A stretch of 64,000 nt of DNA, from NCBI GenBank assembly GCA_010356995.1, contig ML996692.1:321933-385932 (forward strand), written 5' to 3'. This document shows, piece after piece, positions 23,543 through 37,626 of the stretch. Both the position numbers and the translations under genes were made by a program. This stretch comes from Trichodelitschia bisporula. Its lineage: Eukaryota. The stretch's first letter is position 1. Every line of letters begins with the position of its first letter. The notes beneath the pieces are model-generated. The model was not told where the DNA came from and did not search any database. It worked only from the letters and a program-made list of their open reading frames with translations.

Positions 23543-26500
23543 GGTGAAGAAAAAAGGGGGTGCGGATCAGGAGAGATGAGGCTGTGCCGAGCGTCAGCTG
23601 AGGAAAAGGATCGCAAGATATGGCCCGCGTTTCGATGCGTCGAAGCGTCGGAGAATATCCTGTTTGCGCATGAGCCAAAGAAGCCGTACCCTCAGCGGCT
23701 GCAATGCTGCTCGTCCTCAAGGATGATCCCTCTCCTGCAGCAGCACGATCCAGGCACTGGCAGGAAATTTAGGGCTATTGGCAGAAGGTAAAAGTCGCGG
23801 GCATATGCGGATGAAACAAACATGTGTTTGAAACCTGGCAGGACGATAGATATAAGCAAGCCTTTACGCGCGCTTTGGCGGGGGTGGAGCAGCGGGGGAG
23901 GTGGGAGGGGGGTGGGGGGACGGCCAGCAATGGGGTCTAGGGGGGGCGAGGGGGGGGGTTGCGAGTAGTAGGGGACGGCGTACCAGAAATGTACTGCTTA
24001 TCCGCGATGTCAAGTCCTCGGCCACTCCTTCCATGCCATTACTGTTCTCGGAGAGTGGCTGGTTATGGGTGGTGAGAGGCGAGGCGATTTGAAAAGCTTC
24101 TTCCCTCCTCGCCTTCCCTGAGGAATTTCCAAATAATGTGCAATCCATTTTTTCAGGCACAATGTAGTGTCTCCAAAGTGTCAGCCAAGATGGTTTGTAC
24201 ATGTACGCCTTTGGAGGAGTCTGATCGCCCGGCCCCCGCGGGTGGCTGCAGCCGGTTGAATGCACGTCGTGCGCATGCCGCTGGTGCTTTGTATCCGCCT
24301 CCAGCTTCACTGGGTACGATTCAACGGTTTGTGCCACAAATTGCGAGGCCAGGTGAAACGTTTGACTGCCATTTACGAGAGCGCTCGGTTCGGCGTATGC
24401 CAGTTATTTCGAGGGGCTGGGGTGAGAGGGAACCGGCAGCGTGCCATTCAATGGGCTTGCAAAAACAATGCTGTCTTCCGCTGTCATGATCTCCAGCCAG
24501 GACCACCCCCACAGATGACTGACCGCAAGCCATAACCGCCGCCGGCCAGATCGCCCGCCCGATCTTCCGTAGGGCTGACAGACCCCGCTTGCTCTCAAAA
24601 CAAAAGAAGCTGACCCAAAGATCTGGGCTGCAAACAGAGCGTGACCGCGGCTCAAAGGGGCCAATCCAAGGCGTGCAAAGAAGCAAAGCCCAGGCATAAG
24701 CCAGCATTGCGTTTGCTGTCGTAGCACGGAATTCCAGAAAGGGGGCCTGTGGCGAAGGCGAAAAGAGAAGGTTGCACGTCATGCCCATGCATCGCAGAAA
24801 GGTGCAGCCAATTCCTCATAGGACGGAGCAAACGGTGCACGAAACAAATTAAACATAAGGGCATTCCCAGCAGTAACGGCTGCCGAGGACGAAAAGACAT
24901 GGAGAACGGACAACAAACAACAGGACGAGACAGATGCGGACCGAGACTTCTGTTGCTTGCAACGGTCAAGCGGACAGGGGTTGAGAGGCCGACAAACGTA
25001 ACGTCTCGACAGGTGAAAAAAGTCTAACATCAATGGTGTTTATCCTCCGCGTGTGCCCTGCAGCGGTCGTCAGCTAGCCGTAAGAAGAGATGGGAGAGCT
25101 CCACTATGAACCGGGGAAAAGTGATATCGCTGCCAGGACGCGTGAGTGGATCGATGTCAGGCCCTTCTGACACCGGCTTCTCAACCAGCCATTCAGGCCG
25201 TTTGGAGGCAAGGTTGGAACAGAGTCGACGCCACCTGGCGACTCTGGCACGACTCGCTCGCCGGGCACGCAGCAAATGAGCGCGTCGGGCTCGGGTAACC
25301 ATCATGCGGGTAGCCGTAGAAGGGAACAGGGGTTTTAGGAAGTGTAGCCACCACCGGGCCGATTGGACGGTGCGAGATGCTGGAAGGGAGCACGAGCAGG
25401 GCGTCGTTGTGGGACCGCCACGGACACTTCGACTGTTGACCGCGTTGCTAGGTACCAGAGTGAGGTCCCCACTGTTGCACTACCCAAGGTAGACGAAAGA
25501 GGGGTGGTTAGGTGCGTGCTTGTTGCATGCGCGATTTACGGATGTGGGATGTGGGATGCTGGACTCTAAGCGCGAAGATGTGGGGGTCATACAGTGTTCG
25601 GGGAGGGGGGCATTTGTGTCGGTGAAGTTGTCTCCGCCTTCTAGACAATGACCATGACGACGGGTCCCACTGCAAGATTAGCCGACGTAGATGGGCACGA
25701 GCAGGCTAAAGAGTCCACAACGCTGGGTTCGCTGGGTTGAGACTTGTGGGGAGCAAGGAAAGGTCCGGAATCGCAAGCATCGTAAGATGAGACACGCCCA
25801 GCCTCAAGCGAGCATCGTGGAGCGTGGTAGAGCGCGAGGCTTTCGTCTGCTAGATCTCAAAAGCGGCAGGCGTCGGGCACACAAGGCTAGAACGGTGCCG
25901 CAATGGGGAAAAGGAAATCCAGGGTGGGGCCCGTTCCCGCCGACCACTAAGACGGCGTGGAGAAGGCTCCCTTGGTTAATTCCAGCGGGACCATTGGATG
26001 GTACAAACAGGAAATCGCACATTGGGAAGCCGTCAATGGCCTGCACCAAGCCCAGGCACAGAGGCAAACACAGCCGAGCGGGCCGTGGTAACGAGGCGGC
26101 GCGAGCGTGGGGCGGCGGGTGGACGGGATATGCGCCATGCGTCCCGAGCCGAGCGCGTCTGTATCTCATCGGCAGAGGGAGCGATGCATGGCTTGCGGCT
26201 GCTGAGTTGTGGGGCACGCTCTCGACGTTTTTTGTGATGGTCCTCGGTTTGGAGCGGAGCAGCGGTCAGGCAGTGGAATTTTTCATGAGGCTGGCCAATA
26301 AGTCATCCGATGGAGTCCATCTGGGTAAGGCCGGCAACGTATCTGCGAGCAGCCGTCCGCATGATGCAGGTGCAAGGCCGGGGGGAGCTGAATGGCAGAA
26401 TGAATTTGTGAAAAAAGGACAAGTCAGATTGCGTATGAGCTAACCATGAGGCAAACGAGGCCGCTTTGGGAAAGCTGCCGAGTGACATTAAATCGTTAGC

Positions 26501-26953
26501 CGGGGAAGCCCTGGAGGCGTATGTGATAGAGCCACAACGTGTGTTCGGTTCGGTAAACTAGTTGCTTTTAGCTGGATTTGATGAACAGTCCGAACTTGGA
26601 TCACAGAGTGGAGAAGTAGTTGAGCGCACTACAGTTTTTGAAGCCATGCATTGAATCGGGTTGTGGAGCGTGGCTGTGGATAAACGCGCACCAATTGAGG
26701 ATGAGAGGAGTGTCTACGTTGGGATAGGATACGCGGGATGAAGTTGTGGTTGTGGTTGTTGGAGATGCAAGGAGGTTCATCCGCGACTTGGTGCTGATGC
26801 CTGAGGCTATTTAAGGCAGTAAGGTGTTTGTCGCGCTGTGGTGTGGCGTTCGTTCGCATTGAATTGTGGCTGGCGCCGCGATGCTGCTCGCCGACGTCTT
26901 CTTGCTTCCCTCGTCGTCACAGCATCAATAATACTGCGCTCAACAGCTACAAC

Positions 26954-28516
26954 ATGAGCGTATTACTTGAGACGTCAGTAGGCGACATCGTCATCGACCT
27001 GCTCGTCGACCAGGCACCCAAAGCCTGTGAAAAGTATGTACCAGCCCATCACATTCCATCGCTTCTTCCCAGCCCTCGCACTACTCCCTGCTAACCTCCT
27101 CTCAGCTTCCTCAAGCTGTGCAAGATCAAGTTCTACAACTACTGCCCCGTCAGCACCGTCCAAAAAGACTTCTCCTTCCAAACCGGCGATCCCCTAGGCC
27201 CAACCTCCCCGGACAGCGACGGTGGCTCCTGCATATGGGCCCTCCTCCCAAATTCCACACACCCCAAAACCTTCGTCCCAGAATTCAACCCCAAGCTCAA
27301 GCACACATCGCGAGGTACCGTAAGCTTAGCCACCGCACCCTCCTCTCTCAACCCCGACGACCGCCTCGCAGGCTCACAATTCATCGTCACGCTCGGCGAG
27401 AATCTCGACTACCTAGACGGCCGCGCCGCCGTTTTCGGGCAAGTGGTTGAGGGCTTCGACGCGTTGGAAAAGATCAACGATGCTTTCGTCGATTCGACGG
27501 GCCGCCCACTCAAGGATATCCGCGTGCGCCACACGCTAATCCTCGATGACCCGTTTCCTGATCCCGAGGGCCTGCCTGTCCCGCCCGAGAGTCCCCTGCC
27601 TACGCCGGCGCAGCTGGCAACGGTGCGCATCGCAGATGACGAAGAGCTGGACGACGAGACGGACGAGGCGGCGCTGGAGAAGCTACGGCGGACACGAGAG
27701 GCGGAGGCCCAAGCGCTGACCCTGGAAATGGTCGGCGACCTACCCTTCGCCGAGGTCAAACCGCCCGAAAACGTCCTTTTCGTCTGCAAACTCAACCCTG
27801 TGACGCAAGACTCAGATCTGGAACTGATCTTCAGCCGCTTCGGCAAGATCCTCAGCTGCGAAGTCATCCGCGATAGGCGCACGGGCGATAGTCTGCAATA
27901 CGCCTTCATCGAGTTCGACAAGCAGGAGGACTGCGAGCGCGCGTACTTCAAGATGCAGGACGTACTTATCGACGACCACCGCATACACGTTGATTTCTCA
28001 CAGTCGGTGAGCAAGCTCAGCGACTCGTGGCGCGACAAAGAGACGGAGAAGCGGAAGGGTAAACGTGGTGGATGGGGCGGGATCCGCGAGCTGGAGAAGC
28101 GCAGACAGTATCGTGCGGAAGAGGATATTGATAGGACGGATGGGCGATATGGGATGGTCTTCGACCGTGAGGAGGTCCAGCGAAGGAAAGAGGAGACGGA
28201 GCGCGCGATGGCCACTGACGCGGGAAATGCGGCTGAACACAAGGAGCGCGACACTCCGGGCACACAGCGGGCTCCACCTCGGCCTCGTAGTCGTAGTCGC
28301 AGTCCACGCAGCGATCGCGGCCGGGGCGGCGGACGAAGCGACAGAGACCGCGATTACCGTAGTGGCCGGGACCAGGACGGAAGGCGAGATGACCGACGTG
28401 ATGACCGGCGTGATTACGCCCGGGATAACGGCAGGCATGGGGGCCGACGTGATGATCGGCCGCGGGAACGGGATCGGGAAAGAGAGAGGGAGAGGGACGG
28501 AAGACGGAGATATTAG
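26954..28516 (+). CDS. PPIL4: Cyclophilin-RRM peptidyl-prolyl isomerase PPIL4 (Cyp6/Rct1)
   Basis: [16 protein letters not shown]...ACE|NFLKLCK cyclophilin domain; [16 protein letters not shown] and [16 protein letters not shown]-rich tail. Intron 27034-27105. Confidence 0.93.
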
Positions 28517-28986
28517 GCTAATGTCGAAGCTGAATGAACTTTAAATGGGATGTCACGTGATGCAGCCTTGCGGAGTGCAACGTGCCTTCCACTTCGTGAA
28601 GCCCGATACGTTCTTCAGAAGGACATTGAAATAAGTTCCGAACTGACTTTAGGTCGAGGAGGAATTCTGGGATGCTCAAGAGGACCTCGGAATGCTGCTA
28701 AACTCCTGATTACCATTCTGGTTGCGATATGGGACGTTGTCTCAAATCAAGGTTTCCTACAGCATTCGGGTTGAGTGGCCGGAACAGGCCCAGAGTGAAG
28801 CATTACACCTATCTACTAATATCAATGAAGCCCGGATAGAAAACACCATGCTCACAGACCAAACCCAGCACCAGCACCCTTCAGCCGATCAGGGCACTAT
28901 GAGGCCCAGTGATTCACGGTATGACGTTGAACTTTGATCCATTCTCCTTCATTACTCCTGGGGTGTCTAAAATATCACCAACCCCA

Positions 28987-31434
28987 CTACCACCGAAACT
29001 GATCCTGATGCGCCTTCAACGCCCTCCTCCCCATCTCAATCCTCCCCATCTCCCACTCCTCCCTCTCCCTCCCAAGTCGTTCCGCCTTCTTCCTCTCATA
29101 CACCGCCCTAACAGCCCTCTTCGTCCTCTCATGCCCCTCATCAAAATTCGCCCTCGCAAGCGCAACAACCCCCTCAATCTGCTCCGGCGTGTACACCATA
29201 TTCCAAGTGCTCAAAAAAGCGCTCTTCCCCGGGTCCACACCCTCAACCCGCGGATTCGCCACTAGCGGGAAGTAAATAACGCACAAACCCGCGCCAGGGG
29301 CTTGTAGTTCGTAGTCTTCACTGACTGGGGGAGCAGGCGCGGCGGGTGCATCAGTCCCCTTTGCTGTTGCGGAGGTCTTGCTCCCGACCCAGATGCTGCA
29401 GTATCCGAGACCAGGCTGCGTATCCTTACTCGCTGCATCTGCGATCTTGCCCCTTGCATCTGCGACACTGTCCGCCTCGGCATCCGTCATTTCCTTCACC
29501 GACTGCTGGACTGAGGTATTGGCCGGCGGCCAGCCCGCGCCAATAGGCCACCCGACCACGCCGCGGCGCTGCGCGTAGCCATCCACCTCCGCGAGCCAAT
29601 TATCAGCGCGCACGTCAGCCGAGGCGTCGAATGCGATGAGCACGTCCACATTCCGGTCTGGACGTAGAAGCGGGTAAATCGGGAGATTATTACTCATCCC
29701 CGCATCCATAAGACTAAGCATCGGAGACGTGAGCAGCGCGCCCGGCGCCGAGGTCGGCGGAAGCACGCTAGGGGACAGGGCGTGGGCGAAGTTAGGCAGG
29801 GAGGCCGGATCGATAGGGTGCAGCTTGCGCAGCGCGGCGTCGCGCTCGGAGATTAGGCCGTCGAGGGCGGGGATGGTGGCGAGCAGCGGGCGGATTTCCT
29901 TGTAGTAGTGGGAGAGGGTGGCGCAGAAGGCGCTGCCCCAGATGGCGAGGAGGAGGGGGAGGCGGGTTTCGGGTGCGGCGAGACCGTTGGGGCGTGGGAT
30001 GGGGAGGCCGGATGTGAAGGGGCGGCCCATGGCCCAGGTGGGGATGCCGGCGGGGAGCTCTTCGGTGAAGAATTCGTAGGGGGTGAATCTGGGGGTGTTA
30101 GTTTCTGGAGGGGCGCGGGAGAGGGGAGGGGGGCGTACTCAAACCACTGGAACCAGGCTTCCCTTTTGGCCTTCTCCTTCGCTGCAGCGGTATCTTCTTC
30201 GTCGGGCGGGATTTCATGTCGGACGGCTGTGTATATTGGTAGGGGATTCTCGCCCTTACTCAAGTACCGCGCTTGATTCGAGAGTTTCAGGTCCTCAAGG
30301 TCGGCAGCCAGCTCCCCCTTGGGCACAAACAACCGGGCAGCTAGCAGTATGCCATACATATCCACTATACCCAAATCCGCCTCCGGGACTCCGATGAACT
30401 TCTCGACCAGTCCCGTGAGTAGAAACTTGTTCGTCGGCGCGCTCGTCAGCATCGGGAGCGCCTTTATCGGGTCCGCAAGGTGCACATCTAGCCGGTCTTT
30501 CAGGTGCCGAATGATCTGCCGGTGGCTCTGGCCGCCGACAGAGGAGAAGTAGAGAGCCTGGAGCCAGCATGATCCCGATACGCCAGCGGTGTAGGTGATG
30601 CAGTCGAAGAGACCAGCCTCGCGGGCAGAGAGGTAGCTCGCCGCACCGGCGACAAGGGCGCGAAGGCCGCCTCCAGAGCCACACATGGCAATGACCGGGA
30701 CATCGTCGGGGTGGATATCCTCCTCAGGAAGATCCAGGTAGCGTGCGAGCGCAGTACGCGTGTACGGTCGACGGTGGGCAAGGAAATCACACTCATCGGG
30801 GCAGAGTTCAGCGCCAACGCGCACGACGGCATCCCAGACAATTTCGGGATTGCACTCCGGGTTATGTGCCTCTTCCCATATCTCCTGAGAGACGGAGTTG
30901 GGGAGCATGGAGAGCTCGGCTTGGAGCTTGGTGATGAAGCCGGGAATCAGCTTCGCCCAGGTGGTAGCCCAAGTGGGCATTACCGGTACCACCACTGCTG
31001 TGATCCTGTCGGTTATGGAGGCCTGATGGAATCAGTTTACCGTCTGCATATGAAGCGGAAGAAGATATATGACATACGGAACACGCATCACTATCATCAA
31101 CATCTTCTGTCGTGAAATTAGTGCCCTCCTCTTCGCCACGCAAATTGTTCTCCAAAACTGGGGGCTCCAGAAAATTCTCGCTGCGACCATCGCGCACCAC
31201 ACTCGATGGCCGGTCTTTGGACACGGAGGTTTGCGTACTACGGGCGTTGAGAGTGGTCCAGCGCTGAACGAGACCGTCGCCGTAGAGGTACAGCGCGATT
31301 GCCGAGACCGACCAAATACCTGCCTTCCGAGAGGCCTGTCCGACAGAGCTGCGCGTTGGTTTGCCCCAGCGGCGGGTGAACAGGGACCTGAAGTTGTGAG
31401 CCTTATGCGCTCGGAATATTCTCCGCGCATGCAT
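28987..31434 (-). CDS. Cytosolic phospholipase A2 / lysophospholipase (PLAc) family protein
   Basis: CGSGGGLRA, AGVSGSCW nucleophile motif, WFQWFE|FTPYE, LMDAGMSNNLP. Introns 31023-31077 and 30089-30138. Basic, transit-like N-terminus. Confidence 0.88.
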
Positions 31435-32067
31435 ATCGGGTGGGGCGGTACCTGTGCGGTCCAGCTGATGAGACGCGAAGTCCCGCGCGGAGCACTCTCA
31501 GTGAGTGTTGAAAGCGCATGATAATGATGTGTGGGTCATTACAGTGTACATGTCAGGAAAGAAGTTCAGGAGTTGCAATTGCTAAAGAGAGGTGATTGTT
31601 AAGGTGGGCTATCGACGTCGATGTGCCGGACACAAGTCTTGGAAAGGCCGATTCAGCGCACTATCTGTTCAGGCAGGCACTCAGGTTTGGAGAGGAGGGG
31701 GGGTGCTTGAGTGCAATTGTTCACGGCCGAACCCCACGGCGGGGGGGGGATGTGGATGTTGAGAAGAGACAGAAACATCCTCGGAACCAACCTGCAAGGG
31801 CACGCGTCACATCTGCGTCGCCCCGAGCCGAGAAAAATCAGGAAAGTCGGTATCGGCAGGGAACCTGCATCATCCGCGCGTCTAATCTCGGTACCGCGTC
31901 TAAGGCGCGTACCTGGCAACCTCCAACAGCGACTCCCGGGTGAATTGGACGAGCTCCGCAAAATTGATCTCTCACCACCGCCACGAAGGACCATCGCATC
32001 CGAACAGCTCTTCGTCCAGCCGCTTATTTAGTCCGCCTGCTGTACCGCACAGCCCTCTCCGGCCGCA

Positions 32068-32599
32068 ATGGCCGCGGCAACTTCGTCCTCCGACACCACA
32101 TCCCCGCTTCCGCCCCTCCCCTCCTCCAATCCATTGCCCCTTTCGGCAGGGCAAGAGCAGCAAGTACGCGATGTGTACTACAGACGGGTGCGCGACCAGT
32201 GCGCGGCGGAGATTAAGGGTAAGTCGTATCTTTTGTGATCAGACCATTCTCTTCCCCATCAAATCTTCTCCTCACACCCTCCCCCGCTTCCAGCAACGGC
32301 CTACTTACCCAATACTTCCAGAATTTGCTCAATGCGCCAAAAACCGTACTTTTAGCGCCACGTGGGTATGTCGCCAACAGCGCCTCGCCATGAATTCCTG
32401 CATGATTGCGCACGCCACACAAGAAGAGCAGGACCGGGCACGGCAAGAGTGGTTCGCGACACGGGAGAAACGGCGACAGGAGCGCGAGGAGAAGGAGAAG
32501 AAGCGTTTGGAGCAGGAGAAGTTCCACCGCGAATGGTGGGGGCTGGACGACCAAGGGCGGCCCGTGAAGCGGACAGAGAGAAAGGTGGAAAAGGACTAG
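32068..32599 (+). CDS. CMC1: Twin-Cx9C COX assembly mitochondrial protein (Cmc1-like)
   Basis: NPLPLSAGQEQQVRDVYYRRVRDQCAAEIK|EFAQCAKNRTFSATWVCRQQRLAMNSCM. Intron 32219-32321. Confidence 0.85.
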
Positions 32600-32833
32600 C
32601 ACCCAGTCGAGCTACGACGGGCGCTAATTGGCATTTTCACGGCTGCTCGTGGCGTTTAGAGGATTGTGTATATTGTACAAGCTTCATGATTCCACTCAGG
32701 CCGGCACGCTGTACATGTATTCCAGGCCTGGCCCAGCCTTTTTGCAACCTAGCCGCCGTTTATCCATCAACCATATGCAGCGAAACTCCGAACTCCAATC
32801 GCAACGCCGCCCGGGGGTATATCGCGCCCCAAA

Positions 32834-33631
32834 TTAAACATCAGCCATGGTGGTGTCCTGGTTGCCCAAGCCCATCGCCTCCTCGAATTCCGCCTGCTCA
32901 TCCTCGTCCATCTCTCCACGTTCCATGCCGGGACCTTCAAGGGCGTCCTGCATATGCGCATCCCCGCCTTCCTCCTCCACCTCCTCCTCACTGTCCCACT
33001 CCTCCTTGATGCCCCACGAAGTTCCAGTGAGAATGTACCGCTCCGGCGGCAGGCGATACCCGTAGTCGCGCTCGGGCTTGGGAAGGGTAATGCGATTGCG
33101 CTCCTGAGCCATTTCAAGCAAAACTTCCTTCGGCAGGCTCGGCTGGAACTGGTAGTTCTGCCTACTCCCCATGCTCAGCCTCAGCGCAACGGTACTCACA
33201 TTGCCCTCCTGTGCTTGCCCGCGACCAGAAGATGTAGAGTTCAACCCGTACCCATCTGCCGTCAGCGCCATAGCATCCGAGAGAATCTGTGAAGTATATC
33301 GGTATGCGAAGTCCATGATCATCAGCGGGACCCGCTCCTGATACGCTTGTACGCCCTGGGCCGAGAGAAGGAGGTGTATGAGGCGCGCATCGCGGGGACG
33401 CTTGGCCGCGAGGCCGTCGTCTTTGAGTGAGGTTGCTGCTTCGGCTGGAGCTACCATGGCGGCTGGGGGAGTGGAGGCGTCTGCAGGAGTGTTGCCAGTG
33501 CCGTTGGTCGCGGGGGCGGCAAGCGCGTCGGAGTTCTGCGAGGGAGGGCTAGGGTTGCCGGTGGTGGGGTTCGCGGTCGCTGGAGGGGTGGAGATGCCAT
33601 TAGTCGCGTCAGCGGGGGCGGGCGAAGCCAT
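32834..33631 (-). CDS. TAF9: TFIID/SAGA subunit TAF9
   Basis: RPRDARLIHLLL...YQERVPLMIMDFAYRYT, YQFQPSLPKE.LLEMAQERN...LP, RLPPERY.LTG. Likely ATG at 33631. Confidence 0.92.
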   Translation of the reverse strand: MASPAPADATNGISTPPATANPTTGNPSPPSQNSDALAAPATNGTGNTPADASTPPAAMVAPAEAATSLKDDGLAAKRPRDARLIHLLLSAQGVQAYQERVPLMIMDFAYRYTSQILSDAMALTADGYGLNSTSSGRGQAQEGNVSTVALRLSMGSRQNYQFQPSLPKEVLLEMAQERNRITLPKPERDYGYRLPPERYILTGTSWGIKEEWDSEEEVEEEGGDAHMQDALEGPGMERGEMDEDEQAEFEEAMGLGNQDTTMADV

Positions 33632-35170
33632 CGCGGCGGTGCTGGAGGGTTCTCCGCGCTGTTTGTGCTCGGCGGTTGTGCTTGTATGCGCTCGTGAAAT
33701 CGGCGACGGTATGGTGATTGTCGTATTGATGAAGAATAATGTAGTGCTGGTGAAGTGGTGCGCTCTTGCACGAGGTCGAGTGAGAGGTGGCGGGTCAGAG
33801 GTGGCACAGGCCGGAAAGCTCACTTGTCAATGGAACCAGACCGTTGACAGTGAAGCGACGTCTGATCGATATCTTGGCACATGTCAGCCTCAGGCATGAA
33901 GTGAGGATCTTATCTTATCGATTGACGATAAACGATGAGCCCCTCAGCAACCCAGAACACAACCATAATGGAGTCAAGGCCTTCAATCTTGCCTCTAGCA
34001 TCAATGGCGAGCCGGTGAAAAGAGTCCTGCTCACATTAAACCATTTTATACCTACTATAAGTCCTTAGCATCGAAGAAGCTTTCGCATGTCACAGGAAGT
34101 CACCTCGCTGGAGCAATTTAACTGCTGATGCGTCCGGTTTGCCTGCGAAGAGTAATCGTAGTAAACGTGCGTGAAGATGTTACGGGCATTTGAGCGGAAG
34201 CGCACCCGAAATTCACTCAAGTCTCTGTACCACCGTATCTCGTGAAAATCTACGTCACATCCACTGCGCCGCTCGTGCAGCGCCCCTGCTTAGCGCCGAC
34301 CGCGACCGCAACCTCAACCTCACCCTCCTCATTTCTCCTGCAACGTCCTGCTATCTTGAGTTCACCCACCGCGCAGCAATATTTTCTCGGAGATGGCCGC
34401 CATGTACAGCATTCTATTAATCCTTCATCGACCCCATTTTGCCCTTGAAGGAAGAGTCCGAGCGTGACTCCGTCATAAGTTCGGAGTAAGACAGTTTTGT
34501 CGTTCAGCCCTGTTGCGGCATATCGCCGCTGGGGCTGGGGCGTCTATTTTTGGAATATCGTGAAGTCCTCCACCGCCATCCCCACTCCGAACCTCTACCG
34601 CACTGTTTCTACAGGGCTGATGTGGCTAGATCAGATGCTCGAGTACGAGAGATCCAATACTTGCTGTCAGGTAGCACGTCAACCTCATGGCCTCTCTCGC
34701 CACAGTAAGCACCCGCCACGGACATACGAGCACGCAACGGTGTGGTTGCATCGTCACTGCCACTGACCCGATTCAACGCTCTGGCGAATGTCTCCACTCT
34801 CGCCGTATTCTCGGCCATCACCATGTTGCGGGTGAAGTCTGCTGTCCATGTGGCCGAGTTGACTCCGCCGCATGCCTGCCGTTTGCCTGTCTATGATGCC
34901 AGTGTAGCATCGGCTCCACGCCCCCACGACAATGAGGATCCGCTCTAAATTTGCGCAAGACGGTGCCCCCGATACGAGAGTCTTCGTGCTTGCTAATGTA
35001 TAAGTGATCCGCTTCCCGTCCATTCTTTCGCCATCATCATCCCATCACATTATTCAGCCTTTCACGCTATATATTCAGTCGCTTCATCTCCGGCTCAAAC
35101 ACATTCGCTCAGAGCTGTATCAATCGCTACTGGAATCAACTTTCTACTTTCGCTTTGAAATACCTTCGCT

Positions 35171-36157
35171 ATGTACACCTCAGTCGCAGCTATCATTGCC
35201 CTGGCGGGCACCGTGTCGGCTTCTTATGCCCACGGCATCAACGGCACCTGGCCCTCGTCGACGAAATCCGTTGCCTCCTCATCATCGGCATCCTCTTCCT
35301 CCTACATCCTGCCGTCGAGCTCCAGCACCAAGGCCTCGTCGAGCTCCAGCAGCAAGGCCTCGTCCTACAGCTCTCCCATCCCCACAAAGAGCACCGCAAC
35401 CCTCACTACCTACACCACAACCACTGACTGCCCGGTAACATACACCCGCACCCACGGCTCATCCGTCGAAATCGTCACCACCTACACCACAAGCATCGTA
35501 ACAGTAACCTCCTGCAAGGGGGGCTGTTCTCACCAGCCGACCTCATCCTCCAAGCCCCCCAGCGGCACCGGCAGCTACAGCCATCCTCCGCCGCCGCCTT
35601 CATCCAGCCCGCAACCGCCGCACAGCTCCAAGACAATCACGACCGTCTACCCGACGACGCTGACGTCGACGCAAACTAAGTGGGTCCCGTGCAGCACGCC
35701 CCTCTCCAGCGCCGCCGGCACGACTTGGTACTCGACCTGGTTGACGCCGACGCTCATCCCGACGGCCTGGGTCTCTACCTGCACCGAGACGTACACTCTC
35801 GCGCCTCCCGCGCCCACGAAGCCCGTCGCGCCGGTTAACCCTGTCGTCCCGGGCAAGCCGGAGTCCTGCCCGCCTGCGGTTGTGAAGACAGTTACTGTCA
35901 CGGTCACGGCGACGGCGACTGCCGGTCAACCGGGTCATCCGGGCAAGCCGAGCCAGTCGGGCCAGGAGACGAAGACCAGCACGGTCGCTCATCCCAACCC
36001 GAGCTCGGCTGGCGAGCCGCCCGTCAAGTCCTCCAGCAGCTCGAAGTCTTTGTCGTCCTACAAGCCGACCGGTACCGGGACTGGCATCAGCTACCCGCAC
36101 GGTACGGGTGCGCCGGTGAAGTGGGTCAAGCCTGCGCACCCGCACTGGGTGGTGTAA
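35171..36157 (+). CDS. Secreted Ser/Thr/Pro-rich cell-surface protein
   Basis: Signal peptide MYTSVAAIIALAGTVSA, S/T/P-rich body, Cys motifs TTTTDCPVT and VTSCKGGC. No obvious GPI tail. Confidence 0.8.
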   Translation: MYTSVAAIIALAGTVSASYAHGINGTWPSSTKSVASSSSASSSSYILPSSSSTKASSSSSSKASSYSSPIPTKSTATLTTYTTTTDCPVTYTRTHGSSVEIVTTYTTSIVTVTSCKGGCSHQPTSSSKPPSGTGSYSHPPPPPSSSPQPPHSSKTITTVYPTTLTSTQTKWVPCSTPLSSAAGTTWYSTWLTPTLIPTAWVSTCTETYTLAPPAPTKPVAPVNPVVPGKPESCPPAVVKTVTVTVTATATAGQPGHPGKPSQSGQETKTSTVAHPNPSSAGEPPVKSSSSSKSLSSYKPTGTGTGISYPHGTGAPVKWVKPAHPHWVV

Positions 36158-37626
36158 ACGGTTAACGTCTGATGTCCGATGTCACTCCTTTGTAAATGTC
36201 CGATTTGTCGGCGCTTCCGTGTCGGCGGAGCGCGTTTTGGTTGGGAAAATATGCATCATGGCCCGGTTTTGGCCCTTACGATCCTTAGATAATGTAACGT
36301 CTCCATCATTTGGTAGAATAGTTGAAGAGCAATCTAATTTATAATTGCTGCTGAATTTTTGGCTTTTAATGTGCAGTGGTATCTATTGTCGTGACTTTAG
36401 ACTCTTTAAAATCTATCGCCGTCTAATTTCTAATGTTAACATGGAAGGAGCATTGTTATGTCAGGAAGGTACATGCGAAGGGTCATGATGTAATGAGCGC
36501 ATGATAGAAGGAAGGAGCAAAGGAGGATACCTGGCATCGTATATTTAAGTCTTAAAAGTCTCCGACTCTTTTCTTCTCTTCGTCTTCTACTTCGATCTTC
36601 AGTTTAACCCTTACACAGTTGCCCTTGCTTGCGTAATGAGCCTTGCTCCCATCATTCTCCGAAGCATTTTAAGGCGTGCACTTCACTGTTGACGTTAGAA
36701 TTTACGCCAAGTCGAGCTTTCTCTCGCTGACCCCATTCGCAGCTCTTGGAAGGCCACGAGCTCGCGCGGTAAAGCTTGACTTTCCTCTTTTCGGGTAGTT
36801 GGCGCTTACTATCTATAAAGACTGCGGACCGCTAACATGTGCTAGCAGGACACTTAGCAGCAAATCTAATTCGCAACAAGGTCGATACCGGTGAATGTTT
36901 TCGGTTCTGGCGATATGCCAAAGCCGCTTGTGAGACAACAGGTCGTCGGATCGCTGCGGGAATGGCGTGCGTCGCGGGAAGATGCGTCTGTCATTGTACT
37001 TGGCGAATGAATTTTCCGTCTCCCAAGCCTTCCACGCCCTCCTCAGCCTATCCGATGGCGGCTGGACGCCGCACACTACCCCGTATATCGGGTGTGGGTC
37101 TCGGGGGGCCTGAAGTTCGGGGTTCGAGCCTCATATATGCACTGGACTATTGATCTAGGCCTTACGCCGCGACAACTTCTCAACAAATATTCGTCCGTTC
37201 CCACGCAAAGAAACAGACTAAAGTACCAAGTTAAGGCTTGGATGCAGGTGTTCTAAGGTTGAAGTGGTTAGGTCTTTGTATCAGCCACCACATCTGCGGA
37301 TTCTAGGCCCCTGTGATTTGCCGCCTGCGCCGCCATCTCGTCGCGTGAAGGCAAATCGTTCCCTCACTAGAACTAGAAATGCGGCACTTTAGACGTCGTC
37401 TCGGTAGCTAGCTGCGCCAACGCAGTGGGGCATGGACGCCGTACGCGGGGCAGCCTGATAACGCTCGCGTGTATATACATATCTAGCTCTGCATCCCCCC
37501 GCTTCCCTGCTTTGGCCGTCAATCCTCTGGCTTCCTAATCTTCTCCCTACTCCGCAGCCTTGCCTGGAGATCCGCCCCCTAGCACCAAAGCAAATCGATC
37601 CCTCTCGGGATCTCTCCGGCAGCGAG

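Noticed and set aside
25691..26443. 250-aa ORF in the long region upstream of the C6 factor
   Set aside because: R/G/W-rich with no domain; consistent with a chance ORF in GC-rich regulatory DNA.
37095..37135. GGTTCGAG resembling a tRNA T-loop / B-box
   Set aside because: No cloverleaf or acceptor stem could be built.
36300..37350. Relatively AT-rich stretch, possible RIP-degraded transposon
   Set aside because: No terminal repeats and no transposase or RT motifs visible.
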